Shown here: positions 28,716-37,596 of the stretch, one piece after another
Layout of the letters: each line of letters opens with the position of its first letter
Numbering within the stretch: position 1 is the first letter of the stretch
Origin: a bacterium
GTDB taxonomy: Bacteria; Oederibacteriota; PGYV01; Palsa-1178
Assembly (NCBI GenBank): GCA_037138355.1
Contig: JBAXIL010000001.1
Location: forward strand, 23,758 to 87,757
Direction of reading: 5' to 3'
Length of the DNA: 64,000 nt
Made by a program: the position numbers and the translations under genes
The notes under the pieces: model-generated
Told to the model about the DNA's origin: nothing
Database searches by the model: none
What the model saw: the letters and a program-made list of their open reading frames with translations, nothing else

Positions 28716-29456
28716 ATGAAGAAAGTATTTGTGTTATTCGTTTTTATCTGTCTTTTGACATGTGGAAATATATTTGCAGCTAATGCACAAGACGATGATG
28801 AAACCCCACGGGAGTTTGTAGTTAAAGGTATTGCTGGTGGTGTGAGTGGGGCTGTAGAAACGAAAGATAATATCATTGGTGAATCAGTAAAACAAAAAAT
28901 AATTCAAACTGGCTTTTTGGAAAAAGTCAGTGGTGATAAATGCCTACTTCGCAAGGCGCAGTCAAAAGTGGAGTTTTATCTATCAGATAAAATAAACATA
29001 TTTAATAAAAATGATGGAAGCTTGAGTGATCTAACCGACAGATCATATATTGACATCCGTGGTCCTAAAAATAAAAAGGCGGCTTTGGCCAATACTATAT
29101 ATATATATCAAAATAAAAAAATGTTTGATGAAATGACAGATAGTGAAACATCTATATCAAAGAACTCATTTCAGTCACCTTTGGCAGGCACAATAATCAG
29201 AAATAATGTAATGGTTTCAAATAGTGATAATGTTAGTGGTACAGCTCAGATAGCTTTCACTGTCAGAACGGATGATGGACTTGATTATCAGATATTATTT
29301 GATGAAGATACTATATGGGTTAATAATACTGTGGTAACAAGAAGAGATTTAACCGTAGGAGATCGTTTAAAATTATTTTTTGATAAACGATTAAGCATAA
29401 GATACAATAATTATCCAATAAAAATAATTATAGACAAAACAAAAAAGAATATTTGA
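28716..29456 (+). CDS. Hypothetical secreted protein
   Basis: Start at ATG 28716 (RBS gaggtgag) gives the signal peptide MKKVFVLFVFICLLTCGNIFA. I do not recognise a family. Confidence 0.5.
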   Translation: MKKVFVLFVFICLLTCGNIFAANAQDDDETPREFVVKGIAGGVSGAVETKDNIIGESVKQKIIQTGFLEKVSGDKCLLRKAQSKVEFYLSDKINIFNKNDGSLSDLTDRSYIDIRGPKNKKAALANTIYIYQNKKMFDEMTDSETSISKNSFQSPLAGTIIRNNVMVSNSDNVSGTAQIAFTVRTDDGLDYQILFDEDTIWVNNTVVTRRDLTVGDRLKLFFDKRLSIRYNNYPIKIIIDKTKKNI

Positions 29457-30910
29457 AATATATCTTGAAAAAAAAATTCATTCTTGCTGTATTTCTGGTG
29501 CTATTTATTATGGCTACTGTTTCTTCTTGTTCCAGAAGAAGGGTCATTCCTACGGAAGTAATTTGGAACACGACAATTACACAGACAAGTACCCATGTGA
29601 GCACATCAGTATTGACATACACAGCGACCCCGACTATAAGTGCGACACCTTTAGTTATATCTACGGTCACATTGTCCTCGACCAGTACCAGAGTGATTAC
29701 ATTCACATCGACAAGCACAGCAACCCAAACAAGTAGCGCTACCCCTGTATTCATACACCCAGGTGCGTGGTCCTCTGTTTCGGAGTTGAGCTTCGTTAAA
29801 ACGCAAATTTCGGCAAATGCTCAGCCATGGAAGCAGCAGTTGAATAATCTTTTGTGGCAGACAGGTGGTGCTACTTCTGGAATAAATTTTAATGGCATAA
29901 CTCAGGATTCGTGCACGCAGGAAACCGCTGTCAAAACCGATTCTACGCTATGTTACGCCAACGCCCTTTCCTGGTATCTTACAGGTACCATGTCTTATTA
30001 CACGACGGCAATGGCCATACTCTCTAATTATGCAAACATACAAGGCTTCCAGTCTTCGGCTTGTTATTATGGACAGCAAAATCTGAATGCTGGGTGGTTT
30101 GGAGTACTTTTTGCTAACGCTTGCGAGCTATTGAGGACGAGTCCGAACTGGACTGCAGCGAATACGCAAACATATGTGAATATGTTCAAAACAGCATTTT
30201 ATCCATCGTTAAACACTATGAACATAGATAATGGAAATATAGATTTAACACAGATTGATGCCATGATGTCAATGGCAGTATTTTGTGATGATAAAGAGGA
30301 GTGGAACTTAGCTGTTTCCAGATACCAGGCAAGAATCCCTGCATATATTTATGATTCCACTTGGCCTACGGTTAATAACTCCACCAATCCTGATACTGGG
30401 GCTAATCAGCCGCCGAAACTTGGTAAATGGGATACAAATAATGCTGGATGTGTTACAGGTTTTCCTATGAATTTTTGGTACTGTCCGCTCAAATGGATTG
30501 CGGGATTGTGTCAGGAAACCTGTCGTGACAATGGACACCATATACAGTTTGCATTGGACGCGGCAGTGGAATGTGCCGAGATAGATTATCATCAGGGAAG
30601 TTTGAATAATTTTTATGCGACCTATCAGACATCGCTTGTGCCAGCTCTGGAACTGCTCGCGCAACAGTTTTATACAAACAGTTCGTGTGGTGTTTGCAGC
30701 GGCGCATGGGATCCGCAGAATCAAGTTCTTGACACTTTTGAAATAGGTTTTAACCATTACGCCAATCGTCGAGGAATGGCGTCAACGGCTCCTGGGGACC
30801 CTTTGTATTACACAAAACAGTGGATAACTTCGCTCAGAGCCAACAATAACACTACCTGGCTCCAGTTCAACATAGCCTGTGAAACACTGACACACGCTGG
30901 AGTGAACTGA
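29453..30910 (+). CDS. Lipoprotein with a Thr/Ser-rich linker and a Cys/Trp-rich alpha-helical domain resembling alginate-lyase-type polysaccharide lyases
   Basis: Lipobox VSSC. ~65-aa T/S-rich linker (TTITQTSTHVSTSVLTYTATPTISATP...). Domain begins HPGAWSS..EL.FVK..I....QPW and contains DNGHHIQF. The family call is tentative. Composition is clearly GC-richer than its neighbours. Confidence 0.5.
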   Translation: MKYILKKKFILAVFLVLFIMATVSSCSRRRVIPTEVIWNTTITQTSTHVSTSVLTYTATPTISATPLVISTVTLSSTSTRVITFTSTSTATQTSSATPVFIHPGAWSSVSELSFVKTQISANAQPWKQQLNNLLWQTGGATSGINFNGITQDSCTQETAVKTDSTLCYANALSWYLTGTMSYYTTAMAILSNYANIQGFQSSACYYGQQNLNAGWFGVLFANACELLRTSPNWTAANTQTYVNMFKTAFYPSLNTMNIDNGNIDLTQIDAMMSMAVFCDDKEEWNLAVSRYQARIPAYIYDSTWPTVNNSTNPDTGANQPPKLGKWDTNNAGCVTGFPMNFWYCPLKWIAGLCQETCRDNGHHIQFALDAAVECAEIDYHQGSLNNFYATYQTSLVPALELLAQQFYTNSSCGVCSGAWDPQNQVLDTFEIGFNHYANRRGMASTAPGDPLYYTKQWITSLRANNNTTWLQFNIACETLTHAGVN

Positions 30911-31091
30911 CAGTAAATTAGATATGAAAAGTTTCAGATTAGTCATCTCACATAAATACAAATGTTGTTTTACAACGAGAAAACTTGATTTTGCTTTATG
31001 AAACGCTAACTGCTATATCTTAATTTATCTCTCTTGAAAACACGATTCTTTCACTATATGGAATCAAAATCACAAACCCCATAAAATACTA

Positions 31092-31119
31092 TTGATTTAT
31101 AATATATATCATTTATAAT
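31092..31119 (+). promoter_or_regulatory. Candidate sigma-70 promoter for the yggS-proC-yggT unit
   Basis: TTGATT (31092-31097), 16-nt spacer, TATAAT (31114-31119). The context is very AT-rich, so specificity is low. Confidence 0.35.
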
Positions 31120-31155
31120 GATAAAAATGGTAAAAAATAAAAGGCAAGGTAAAAA

Positions 31156-31854
31156 ATGAGCGATTTTGATTATATAAAAAATAATATTGATAAATTAAGA
31201 ACTGAGATTGACTTAATTAATAAGAATGTAAAAATTTTAGCAGTTACTAAAACTCACAGTAAGCAGGCAGTTGAAGCAGCTATTAATTTTGGATTAAATG
31301 AGTTTGGAGAGAGCAAGTTACAGGAAGCACAAGCGAAAATAATAGATATTAGTTCTTCGCATAGTAATATACTTTGGCACTTCATTGGACATTTGCAAAG
31401 TAATAAAACAAATAAAGTGATTGAAAATTTTGAAGTTATAGAGTCATGCGATAGAATTGAGTTGATTGAACAAATTTCTTTACAATCTTTGAGTATGGGG
31501 AAAGTTACTACTTGTCTTCTTGAAATTAAAGTTTCTGAAGAAGACACAAAATTTGGAATACAACCTGATAATACATTTGCTATAATAGAAAAAGTAAAGC
31601 ATTTGGGTGGTATAAAAATTAATGGACTTATGACTATGGCACCATATTTTGATGAGTCTGAAAAGGCACGACCGTATTTTAAGAAAGTAAGAAAACTTTT
31701 TGATACTATAAAAGGTCAAAATCCAGGTGGTAATGTTACGATGGAAATATTATCAATGGGAATGAGTGATGATTATAAAATAGCAATAGCAGAAGGCAGC
31801 ACTCAGGTAAGAATTGGAACAGCAATTTTTGGCAAGCGCGACAATTATAAATAA
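31156..31854 (+). CDS. yggS: PLP-binding homeostasis protein YggS family
   Basis: ILAVTKTHS, FGESKLQEA, WHFIGHLQSNK, LSMGMSDDY, VRIGTAIFG. Confidence 0.85.
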   Translation: MSDFDYIKNNIDKLRTEIDLINKNVKILAVTKTHSKQAVEAAINFGLNEFGESKLQEAQAKIIDISSSHSNILWHFIGHLQSNKTNKVIENFEVIESCDRIELIEQISLQSLSMGKVTTCLLEIKVSEEDTKFGIQPDNTFAIIEKVKHLGGIKINGLMTMAPYFDESEKARPYFKKVRKLFDTIKGQNPGGNVTMEILSMGMSDDYKIAIAEGSTQVRIGTAIFGKRDNYK

Positions 31855-31875
31855 TATAAGGGAGACGAGAATATT

Positions 31876-32694
31876 GTGGCTATAGATATGACTGGTATAG
31901 GTTTCATAGGCTTCGGCAAAATGGCACAGGCAATTGTTAAAGGTATGTTGTTTTCTAAAAAATATAGTTCCAAAAAAATATCAGCTTATGATGTTGATGT
32001 TAAGACACTTGTTTTAGGTTGTAAGAAGTATAAGATTGGCAAAGAAAATTCAAATCAAAATATTCTTAATAAAAAACGAATAATAATATTGGCAGTCAAA
32101 CCACAAAATCTTTCCGAAGTTTTGGAATCGCTTAAAACTAACATAACTTCAAATCATTTGATAATCACTATAGTTGCAGGAGTTTCAATAAATAAAATAC
32201 AGCAACTTTTAGGAATTAAATGTTCTGTCGTCAGAGTCATGCCAAATACACCAGCATTAATTGGTGAAGGGGCTGCTGGTTATGCTTTTAGCAGAGAAGT
32301 AAAAGCCAAGGATAAAATATTAACACAGAATATATTAGCTACAATCTGTAAAATCATGATTAATGTTCCTGAAAGTGAAATAAATAAAGTTACAGCTTTG
32401 AGTGGAAGCGGACCAGCATATGTGTTTTATTTTGCAGAAGCAATGCTTGAGGCGGCAAGACAAATGAAGTTTGACTTAAAAGAAGCAAAAAAACTTATAG
32501 CACAGACATTTATTGGTTCTGCTATGTTGTTAATAAAAAGTGAAGAAGGACCTGAGGTTTTAAGACGAAATGTAACATCAAAAGGTGGCACTACTGAAAG
32601 CGCTATAACGACAATGGAAGCTAAGGCTGTTAAAGATAGCTTTATCAAAGCAATAATTTTAGCAAAAGAGAGGGCAGACGAACTTGGCAAGTAA
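31876..32694 (+). CDS. proC: Pyrroline-5-carboxylate reductase ProC
   Basis: IGFIGFGKMAQAI, VRVMPNTPALIGEGA, LSGSGPAYVFYF, VTSKGGTTESA. Confidence 0.9.
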   Translation: MAIDMTGIGFIGFGKMAQAIVKGMLFSKKYSSKKISAYDVDVKTLVLGCKKYKIGKENSNQNILNKKRIIILAVKPQNLSEVLESLKTNITSNHLIITIVAGVSINKIQQLLGIKCSVVRVMPNTPALIGEGAAGYAFSREVKAKDKILTQNILATICKIMINVPESEINKVTALSGSGPAYVFYFAEAMLEAARQMKFDLKEAKKLIAQTFIGSAMLLIKSEEGPEVLRRNVTSKGGTTESAITTMEAKAVKDSFIKAIILAKERADELGK

Positions 32695-32980
32695 TATACA
32701 TATCATCATAGTAGATATCATAAATGGAATGGCTACAGTATATATGTTTCTTATACTAATTAGATCACTTATGACTTGGCTAAGGCAAGAAGTCATTGCT
32801 AAATTTTTTGGTTTTTTTGATGCCGTGGCGAAAGTCACGGATCCTGTTTTGAATTTAATAAGAAAATTTTTTCCTTCCTATATTGGAAGAGTTGACCTTT
32901 CCCCATTCATTGCTTTGTTGTTAGTTGAAATAATAAAATATGTGTTTATATATGGTCTTAACTTAATTTATAAATTATGA
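32684..32980 (+). CDS. yggT: YggT family membrane protein
   Basis: 98 aa with two hydrophobic helices, the D.SPFIALLLV motif, and the canonical position after proC. Confidence 0.7.
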   Translation: MASNIHIIIVDIINGMATVYMFLILIRSLMTWLRQEVIAKFFGFFDAVAKVTDPVLNLIRKFFPSYIGRVDLSPFIALLLVEIIKYVFIYGLNLIYKL

Positions 32981-33273
32981 TTAATTTAATTATAGAACAC
33001 AATGGGGCAATAACTTTCAATGTGAAAGTATTGCCAAACTCATCGAAAACTGAAATTATAGGCACTAATGATGGTATATTAAAGATAAAATTAAATGCTC
33101 CTCCAGATAAAGGGAAGGCGAACAGAGAACTCGTTGAATTATTTAGTGAAACATTTAAAGTCAAAAGAAAAGCTGTAATTATTGTTAAGGGAGATAAGAG
33201 TCGAAATAAAAGTATTATGATAGATGGTATCACAAAAAAGAATTTTATAAATATATTAGGAGGTACAATTTGA
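32977..33273 (+). CDS. DUF167 (YggU-like) protein
   Basis: [12 protein letters not shown]......[23 protein letters not shown], then VKGDKSRNK. Confidence 0.75.
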   Translation: MINLIIEHNGAITFNVKVLPNSSKTEIIGTNDGILKIKLNAPPDKGKANRELVELFSETFKVKRKAVIIVKGDKSRNKSIMIDGITKKNFINILGGTI

Positions 33274-34100
33274 AAGAGCTAAATAAGAAAATCATTTTAT
33301 CGGTAGAAAAGATACAGCAGGAGGTCCCTGGTTTTATGCCAGAGATTGGAATTATTCTCGGAACAGGACTTGGGGCGCTTGCCAAGGAAATCAAAAACAA
33401 AAAATCAATCCCTTATGAAAAAATACCAAATTTTCCACTTTCTACAGTAGAATCTCATCAGGGGCAACTTGTGTGCGGAGAACTGGAAGGAAGGCAAGTG
33501 GTGGCAATGCAGGGGCGTTTTCATCGCTATGAGGGCTATACAATGAAGGAAGTGACATTCCCTGTGCGTGTTATGAAAGAGCTTGGGGTTAAATACCTTC
33601 TTATATCAAATGCTGCAGGTGGTATGAATCCAAAATTTAAAGCTCCTTGTCTTGTCTTGATTGAGGATCATATTAGCTTATTTATGGGAGATAATCCTTT
33701 ACTTGGTCCAAATGACAATGAGTTAGGACCGCGCTGGCCTGATATGATAGAGCCATATTCCAAAGAACTTATGAGTATTGCTAAAATTGCCGCTAAAGAT
33801 TTGGGAATTGAATTACAGTCTGGTGTTTATGTTGGTGTGACTGGACCAAGCCTTGAAACGCGTGCTGAATACAAGTTATTAAATAAATTTGCAGATATGG
33901 TAGGCATGTCCACTGTCCCTGAAGTTATCGTGGCGGTTCATTGTGGTCTTAAAGTTTTGGGTATTTCAGTCATAACAGATTTATGTATACCAGAGACACT
34001 TGAACCAGCTGATATTTCAAAAATCATTAACAATGCTAACATAGCGGAACCAAAACTCACCGCGCTTATGAAAGAAGTAATAAAAAGAATAAAGGAGTAA
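33270..34100 (+). CDS. Purine nucleoside phosphorylase family (PNP/MTAP, PunA-like)
   Basis: TTG start 6 nt after AGGAGG. Motifs [55 protein letters not shown]. Confidence 0.85.
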   Translation: MKELNKKIILSVEKIQQEVPGFMPEIGIILGTGLGALAKEIKNKKSIPYEKIPNFPLSTVESHQGQLVCGELEGRQVVAMQGRFHRYEGYTMKEVTFPVRVMKELGVKYLLISNAAGGMNPKFKAPCLVLIEDHISLFMGDNPLLGPNDNELGPRWPDMIEPYSKELMSIAKIAAKDLGIELQSGVYVGVTGPSLETRAEYKLLNKFADMVGMSTVPEVIVAVHCGLKVLGISVITDLCIPETLEPADISKIINNANIAEPKLTALMKEVIKRIKE

Positions 34101-34107
34101 TAACACT

Positions 34108-35172
34108 ATGAATGATTTTAGCCCGGTTGAATGGAAAAATAATCATTTATTAGTACTTGATCAGTTATTATTACCATTTCAAGAAAAAGTAATAATTTGT
34201 AAAACATGTAAGGAAGTTGCGACTGCTATTAAAGATATGAATTTGCGTGGAGCACCGCTTATAGGTATAGCGGCGGCTTTTGGATTAGCAATGGAAGCGA
34301 AGCAGTCAAAAGCAAATAAATATGATAAGTTCAGTAAGGAAATGATAAAGGCAGGAGCACAACTTGTAGAGACCAGGCCAACAGCTGTTAACCTCAAATG
34401 GGCGGTTGACAGAATGCTTAGAACGATGGAACAAAATAAAGAGAGGAAAATTTCAAGTTTAAAAGATTTAATTATTGCTGAAGCTGTAAAAATATATAAA
34501 GAAGATTTAGATAATAATAAACTGATTGGTAAATATGGTTCAGAACTAATTCGCGAAAAAGATACTGTTCTTACTCATTGTAATGCAGGAGCACTGGCAA
34601 CTGCAGGGTATGGAACCGCATTAGGAGTAATAAGGGCGGCGCATGAAAAAAAGAAAAAAATAACAGTATTTGTAGATGAGACAAGACCTTACTTACAAGG
34701 GGCAAGACTTACTGCTTGGGAAATGGAAAAGGAAAAAATTCCACACTTTCTTATTACCGATAATATGGCTGGATATTTTATGTCAATTGGAAAAATTAAT
34801 GTTGTGGTAGTGGGAGCGGACAGAATCACTGCAAATGGTGATGTGGCAAATAAAATAGGGACATACTCTGCTGCAGTTCTTGCCCATGCTAACAATATTC
34901 CTTTTTATGTTGCGGCACCTTCTTCAACTATTGATTTTAGTATGAAAAAGGGAAGCTTAATACCTATAGAAATGAGAAGTGAAGATGAAGTTAAAAAGAT
35001 TTTTGGTAAGGATATTTCATGCAAGAAAACAAGAGCACTTCATCCGGCTTTTGATGTAACTCCTGCAAAATATATAACAGCAATAATAACCGAGAAAGGC
35101 GTCATAAGAGCGCCATATGACATAAATCTTGAAAAAGTGCTATTAAATAAAGAGGTTGTGGCTGATTTATGA
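34108..35172 (+). CDS. mtnA: S-methyl-5-thioribose-1-phosphate isomerase MtnA (eIF-2B alpha/beta/delta-like family)
   Basis: LLVLDQLLLP, MNLRGAPLIGIAAAFG, RPTAVNL, THCNAGALAT, VDETRPYLQGARLTAWE, VVVGADRITANGDVANKIGTY. Confidence 0.85.
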   Translation: MNDFSPVEWKNNHLLVLDQLLLPFQEKVIICKTCKEVATAIKDMNLRGAPLIGIAAAFGLAMEAKQSKANKYDKFSKEMIKAGAQLVETRPTAVNLKWAVDRMLRTMEQNKERKISSLKDLIIAEAVKIYKEDLDNNKLIGKYGSELIREKDTVLTHCNAGALATAGYGTALGVIRAAHEKKKKITVFVDETRPYLQGARLTAWEMEKEKIPHFLITDNMAGYFMSIGKINVVVVGADRITANGDVANKIGTYSAAVLAHANNIPFYVAAPSSTIDFSMKKGSLIPIEMRSEDEVKKIFGKDISCKKTRALHPAFDVTPAKYITAIITEKGVIRAPYDINLEKVLLNKEVVADL

Positions 35173-35591
35173 CAGATGGCTGGATAGATGACCGGTATTG
35201 TTTCGCCTGTGGAGAAAAGAATCCTATAGGTATGCATCTTCATTTTGTTTTGACTGATGAAGGTATAGAAGCAAAATATGCATTCCCAAAGGAACTGCAG
35301 GGATATTCTGGTATAGTCCATGGAGGAATGATATCTTTACTTTTAGACGAAGTTATGGTAAATTTACCGTGGCTTAAATTGAAACAACCAGTAGTTTCTG
35401 CGGATATTCGAATTAAGTTTATAAAACCTTTAAAAATAGGCGAAATTGTTGTTGCCAAAGCTTTTATAGAAAAGCAGAAGAAAAATATTTTTTGGGTTAA
35501 AAGTGTGCTTATTAGAGAACGAGATGGTGTAAAAGTGGCAGAAGCGGAAGCTGTCTGCGTGCAGGTGAGTCTTGAACAGATGAATGCCTGA
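35169..35591 (+). CDS. PaaI/hotdog-fold thioesterase
   Basis: CFACGEKNPIGMHL N-terminus, then VHGGMISLLLDEVM. Confidence 0.7.
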   Translation: MTDGWIDDRYCFACGEKNPIGMHLHFVLTDEGIEAKYAFPKELQGYSGIVHGGMISLLLDEVMVNLPWLKLKQPVVSADIRIKFIKPLKIGEIVVAKAFIEKQKKNIFWVKSVLIRERDGVKVAEAEAVCVQVSLEQMNA

Positions 35592-35637
35592 AGCAATATA
35601 AAAAAAATTAACATAAAAAAATTCGGAGGTTTTACTG

Positions 35638-35730
35638 ATGGGAAGCGGAAAGAAAAGACATAAATGGAAAATTAAGACGCATAAGAGAAAAAAACACAGA
35701 AGAGTAAATAGATTTAAAGCTGGTAAATAG
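35638..35730 (+). CDS. Unlisted 30-codon highly basic ORF (MGSGKKRHKWKIKTHKRKKHRRVNRFKAGK), possibly a small ribosome-associated protein
   Basis: ATG 35638 lies 8 nt after GGAGG (35625-35629). 17 of 30 residues are K/R/H. Sits in an otherwise empty 170-nt gap just upstream of yebC. Too short for the ORF track. Confidence 0.5.
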   Translation: MGSGKKRHKWKIKTHKRKKHRRVNRFKAGK

Positions 35731-35762
35731 AACTTAATAGATAAAGAATAACGGAGGATTTT

Positions 35763-36515
35763 ATGTCAGGACATTCAAAATGGGCGACCATTAAACGCAA
35801 GAAAGCCCTTACTGATTCAAAGAGGGGCGCTTCGTTTACTAAAATAATCAGAGAAATAATCGTTGCGGCAAAATCTGGCGGTGATCCAAATGCTAATGCC
35901 AGATTAAGAACGGTTATTGAAAAGGCAAAAGCGGTTAATATGCCTTCTGATAACATTAAAAAGGCAATACAAAAAGGAACTGGCGAACTTCCAGGCGTAA
36001 ATTATGAAGAAATAATGTATGAAGGCTATGGTCCAGGCGGAGTCGCTTTAATAATTAATATTACAACTGATAATAGAAATAGATCTGCTGCTGATTTAAG
36101 GGCTATACTTGCCAAATGCATGGGTTCTATGGCTGCTCCAGGCGCGACAGCGTGGCAGTTTGACCAGAAAGGTTTTATTTCAGTACCAAAAGAAGCTATT
36201 GATGAAGACAGCTTAATGGAAGTAGCACTTGAAGCTGGTGCTTCTGATATTAAAAACGAAGAAGAATCTTATGACATAGTAACTGAAGTTTCTGATTTTG
36301 AAAAAGTTAAAAAAGCACTTGAAGCAAAAAGCGTAAAGTTTACTGTGGCAGAAATTACTATGGTGCCTAAGAATTATGTAAAGCTTAATGGCAAGGATGC
36401 TGAGCGTATGCTCAAGCTTATGGAAGCACTTGAGGAACATGAAGATACTTCAAATGTGTATGCGAATTTTGATATACCAAAAGAAGTAATGGATAAAATT
36501 AGTTCTGAAGAATAA
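35763..36515 (+). CDS. yebC: YebC/PmpR family DNA-binding transcriptional regulator
   Basis: MSGHSKWATIKRKKALTDSKRGASFTKIIREI. Confidence 0.9.
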   Translation: MSGHSKWATIKRKKALTDSKRGASFTKIIREIIVAAKSGGDPNANARLRTVIEKAKAVNMPSDNIKKAIQKGTGELPGVNYEEIMYEGYGPGGVALIINITTDNRNRSAADLRAILAKCMGSMAAPGATAWQFDQKGFISVPKEAIDEDSLMEVALEAGASDIKNEEESYDIVTEVSDFEKVKKALEAKSVKFTVAEITMVPKNYVKLNGKDAERMLKLMEALEEHEDTSNVYANFDIPKEVMDKISSEE

Positions 36516-36535
36516 ATGGAAAACAATATATGATT

Positions 36536-36561
36536 AAAAGGGCGGAGCAATCCGCCCTTTG
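36536..36561 (+). terminator. Intrinsic terminator after yebC (short T-tract)
   Basis: GGGCGGA (36540-36546) pairs with TCCGCCC (36551-36557) around the loop GCAA, followed only by TTTG. Confidence 0.6.
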
Positions 36562-36604
36562 TCACAAATAAAGGATTTTGTTAGTAGAATGAGGCGAATA
36601 TAAC

Positions 36605-37522
36605 ATGGAAAACTTACCTTACAATTCACTGAGAAAATACTATGCTGAAAAATATACACAAAGAGTTCAAAAAATAACTGTATCTCTACCTTTTACATGT
36701 CCACATATGGCACAAGATGGTACAGGTGGATGCACTTATTGTCACCAAGGAAGTATTCCTAACTTAAACGATTCAAAACTTCCTATGCAACAACAGGTAA
36801 TTACAGGAATTACTGCTGCACAAAAGCGCTACGGACTGAATACCAAATATATAATATATTTTCAAACACATACAAATACCAATGCTACAATTGCAACCCT
36901 GAAGAAGATATATGATGAGGCATTAGGTTTTGAAAATGTAATAGGTTTAGGAATTGGTACAAGACCTGATTGCGTTGATAATGATGTACTTAACTTGCTC
37001 AATCAATATTGTGATTCGGGCCATGAAGTTTGGATTGAACTTGGTTTGCAGTCAGCTAATAATGCTACCTTAAAAATAATAAACCGAGGTCATACGGTAG
37101 AAGATTTTATTGATGCTGTTTTACGCGCGAAAAAAACAAAGCTAAAAATAACAGCACATATGATTATAGGCCTGCCTGGAGAAAAAAAAGAGGATTTTAT
37201 GAAAACTGCCAAGCTGATTGCTTCGCTTGGGGTACACGCAATTAAGATTCATCCTTTACATGTTATGGAAGGAACAGTTCTTGGAGATAACTACAAAAAA
37301 CAGCAATTTGAAACACTTCACCTTGATGATTATATAGAAGCACTTGCTGACATTATTGAAATATTGCCGCCTGATATGATAGTAATGCGATATACTGCTG
37401 AGGCCATAGACAGTCATTTGTTGGCTCCAAATTATTGCAGACCTGAGTATAAAATAGTATTAAAACAGATGTTGATTGCAGAACTTCTAAAAAGAGAGTC
37501 AAAACAGGGCTCAAAGTTATGA
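36605..37522 (+). CDS. Radical SAM protein, TIGR01212-like family
   Basis: KITVSLPFTCPH......GGCTYC cluster region, then IYFQTHTNT and ELGLQS. Confidence 0.8.
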   Translation: MENLPYNSLRKYYAEKYTQRVQKITVSLPFTCPHMAQDGTGGCTYCHQGSIPNLNDSKLPMQQQVITGITAAQKRYGLNTKYIIYFQTHTNTNATIATLKKIYDEALGFENVIGLGIGTRPDCVDNDVLNLLNQYCDSGHEVWIELGLQSANNATLKIINRGHTVEDFIDAVLRAKKTKLKITAHMIIGLPGEKKEDFMKTAKLIASLGVHAIKIHPLHVMEGTVLGDNYKKQQFETLHLDDYIEALADIIEILPPDMIVMRYTAEAIDSHLLAPNYCRPEYKIVLKQMLIAELLKRESKQGSKL

Positions 37523-37535
37523 TACAATAATATAT

Positions 37536-37563
37536 GGAACATGTTGTAGTTGACATGCGTCTA
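37536..37563 (+). promoter_or_regulatory. ECF-type promoter candidate upstream of tolC-macA-macB
   Basis: GGAAC (37536-37540), 17-nt spacer, CGTCTAA (37558-37564), 34 nt upstream of the tolC start. Same GAAC-N17-CGTCTAA architecture as upstream of the ECF sigma gene. Confidence 0.45.
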
Positions 37564-37596
37564 AATATAGACATCGATTAATCAAAAGGGGGTTTT

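Noticed and set aside
29428-29754. ORFs on both strands (29428-29754 minus, 29527-29736 plus) and apparent DNA repetitiveness in the Thr/Ser-rich linker region
   Set aside because: These are artefacts of the biased ACN/AGY/TCN codon run encoding the T/S-rich linker of the 29453-30910 lipoprotein. It is not a tandem DNA repeat or a CRISPR-like array.
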